A stretch of 37,218 nt of DNA from Lachnospiraceae bacterium (GTDB lineage Bacteria > Bacillota > Clostridia > Lachnospirales > Lachnospiraceae), in contig JAAVAF010000052.1 in assembly GCA_014804225.1 (NCBI GenBank), forward strand, positions 1 through 37,218, written 5' to 3'. Positions within the stretch are counted from its first letter, which is position 1. Every line of letters starts with the position of its first letter. The notes under the pieces are model-generated. The model was not told the origin of the DNA. It worked only from the letters and a program-made list of their open reading frames with translations, and searched no databases. A program made the position numbers and the translations under genes. Positions 35,599 to 37,218 of the stretch are shown in pieces.

Positions 35599-37142
35599 AA
35601 TATTTATCAATAGAATTACGAAAAACAAAACGCCGCGGTATCTGGCTTGTGCTTGCCGCTCTGTATGCCGTCATGATGGCGTGGACAGCATACACTTATA
35701 CCGGAAGTGGCAGACAACATTTTGTGTATGGCTGGAGGTATACTATTTATACTGCACCACTGCTCAACGCAATTATGATTCCGACTGCGATTGCCGTGTT
35801 TGCAAGCCGTATTATTGATATGGAACATAAGGGAAATACTTGGAAATTGTTGGAAACTGTGCAGAGTAAACGCGCTTTGTATTTGGCAAAGATTTTGTAT
35901 GGCGCAATCGGCGTTTTTCTCTTCTCTGCGGCGGAATTTGTCGGACTGCTTTTAATGGGCGTGTATTTTGGATTTGCAGGCGCACCCGACTTATGGGCAT
36001 ATGGTCTGTTTTTCGTTCAGACCTTTGTCATCAGTTTCAATTTATTTTTGCTGCAGATGATTATTTCACTTTTGTTTTCCAATCAAGCCGTTGCAATCTG
36101 TGTCGGACTTTGCGGAAGTATGGCGGGATTATTTCTGATGTATCTCCCGCAGTGGCCGCTTTTGCGTTGTATTATTCCGTGGGGACATTATGGCGCGACA
36201 ATGTTTGTGGGAATGGACTGGAATGCGGAGACGCGCAAAATTGTCGGATTTTATTATATGTGGCAGGATAACGGCGCAATCCTCTTTATTGCCTGCTGGT
36301 TTCTCCTTTTGATGATTGGCGGATGGTTTCTTTTCAAAAATATGGACACGGACGGCTATCATTTTCAGGGAATATTCCGGCAAAAAGAGAGGGCTTTTTC
36401 GACTGACAAGCCTGTGAAAATTCCCCATATGCCTATAGAATTAATGAAGACAAAGCGTACTCCCATATGGCTTGCTTTTCTGATTCTTCCCTTGATTTCT
36501 TCTTTTATCGGAACGGCAAACTACCTGAACAATATCGAAATCTTGACAAGCACATGGCACTCATTATGGACGCAGCATTCTCTGTTTTTCGCTTATATTT
36601 TTATGCCGCCTCTGATTGGCGTTTATGCAAGTTATCTGTGGCGTCTGGAACATAACGGCACGAATTGGAATATGATTTTGGCGCATACCAGCGCCTATCG
36701 GATTGTTTTTGACAAAATCGCAGTATGTTCTGTCGTTTCGCTGTTCACGATGCTGTGGCTCGGCTTTTTGTTTATCACATGTGGATTGATAGCGGGAATT
36801 ACGACGCCTATTCCTGTAGAACTTGTAGATTGGATTGTCTGTGGCTTTATCGGGAGTGTATCCGTCTGCGCGATACAATCGTTTTTGTCGCTTTGGATTA
36901 GAAGCTTTGCCGTTCCGATTGGGCTGGCGCTGATTGGCGGTTTTGCAGGCCTTGTTGTCACAGCAAAGGGCGCTATGTATACAATCCCTTATGCATTGTT
37001 AAGTGTCGGTCTGCGTGCAAATAACCCGAACCGTGAGCTTGATTACAATCTATTTTTGACTTCATCAGTCATTTATATTCTTTTCTTTTATCTGCTGAGT
37101 GTGGCTTATATCAAGTGCCATGATGTGAAAACGCAGGGGTAG
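35595..37142 (+). CDS. Fused double ABC-2 permease (LanE-LanG-like), 515 aa
   Basis: Two homologous halves: IELRKTKRR..MEHKGNTWK..AK..PW and IELMKTKRT..LEHNGTNWN..DK..PY. GTGA overlap with the ATPase gene. Confidence 0.88.
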   Translation: MKYLSIELRKTKRRGIWLVLAALYAVMMAWTAYTYTGSGRQHFVYGWRYTIYTAPLLNAIMIPTAIAVFASRIIDMEHKGNTWKLLETVQSKRALYLAKILYGAIGVFLFSAAEFVGLLLMGVYFGFAGAPDLWAYGLFFVQTFVISFNLFLLQMIISLLFSNQAVAICVGLCGSMAGLFLMYLPQWPLLRCIIPWGHYGATMFVGMDWNAETRKIVGFYYMWQDNGAILFIACWFLLLMIGGWFLFKNMDTDGYHFQGIFRQKERAFSTDKPVKIPHMPIELMKTKRTPIWLAFLILPLISSFIGTANYLNNIEILTSTWHSLWTQHSLFFAYIFMPPLIGVYASYLWRLEHNGTNWNMILAHTSAYRIVFDKIAVCSVVSLFTMLWLGFLFITCGLIAGITTPIPVELVDWIVCGFIGSVSVCAIQSFLSLWIRSFAVPIGLALIGGFAGLVVTAKGAMYTIPYALLSVGLRANNPNRELDYNLFLTSSVIYILFFYLLSVAYIKCHDVKTQG

Positions 37143-37155
37143 TAATTACCCCTGC
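37133..37155 (+). terminator. Hairpin overlapping the permease stop codon
   Basis: GCAGGGGTA-5 nt-TACCCCTGC; weak U tract. Confidence 0.5.
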
Positions 37156-37218
37156 AATCATGCTATTTTATAATTTCTTTTTCTCAATACTTTTCAAAAA
37201 AGTTTTCTTTAGTTCCTG

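Overview
AT-rich Firmicute chromosomal segment; gene content suggests Lachnospiraceae (inference). It holds two OmpR-type two-component systems, a reverse rubrerythrin, and an operon of two giant secreted pectin enzymes (PL9/PelX-like lyase and CE8 pectin methylesterase). It also holds bioY with twin BirA-type operators, a 2006-aa Pro/Glu-rich surface protein, a GNAT, a GH36 alpha-galactosidase, an M19 dipeptidase, a RelE-type toxin-antitoxin pair and a lantibiotic-immunity-like ABC transporter with a fused double permease. I saw no rRNA, tRNA, CRISPR array, intact transposase or integrase. Three signals stand out. (1) Three unrelated remnants of Rpn/PD-(D/E)XK-like genes have lost the nuclease part but each keeps a sigma-A-like promoter, an internal RBS plus start codon and a downstream hairpin, so they look like orphan intragenic antitoxins. 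(2) A modular ~80-105 bp structured repeat occurs 4 times, as two direct-repeat pairs that each bracket a gene module. (3) A 4 x 37-bp palindromic array begins at the predicted transcription start of the TA operon, and a covarying solo copy lies in another leader 32 kb away. All family assignments come from reading motifs by eye; no searches were run.
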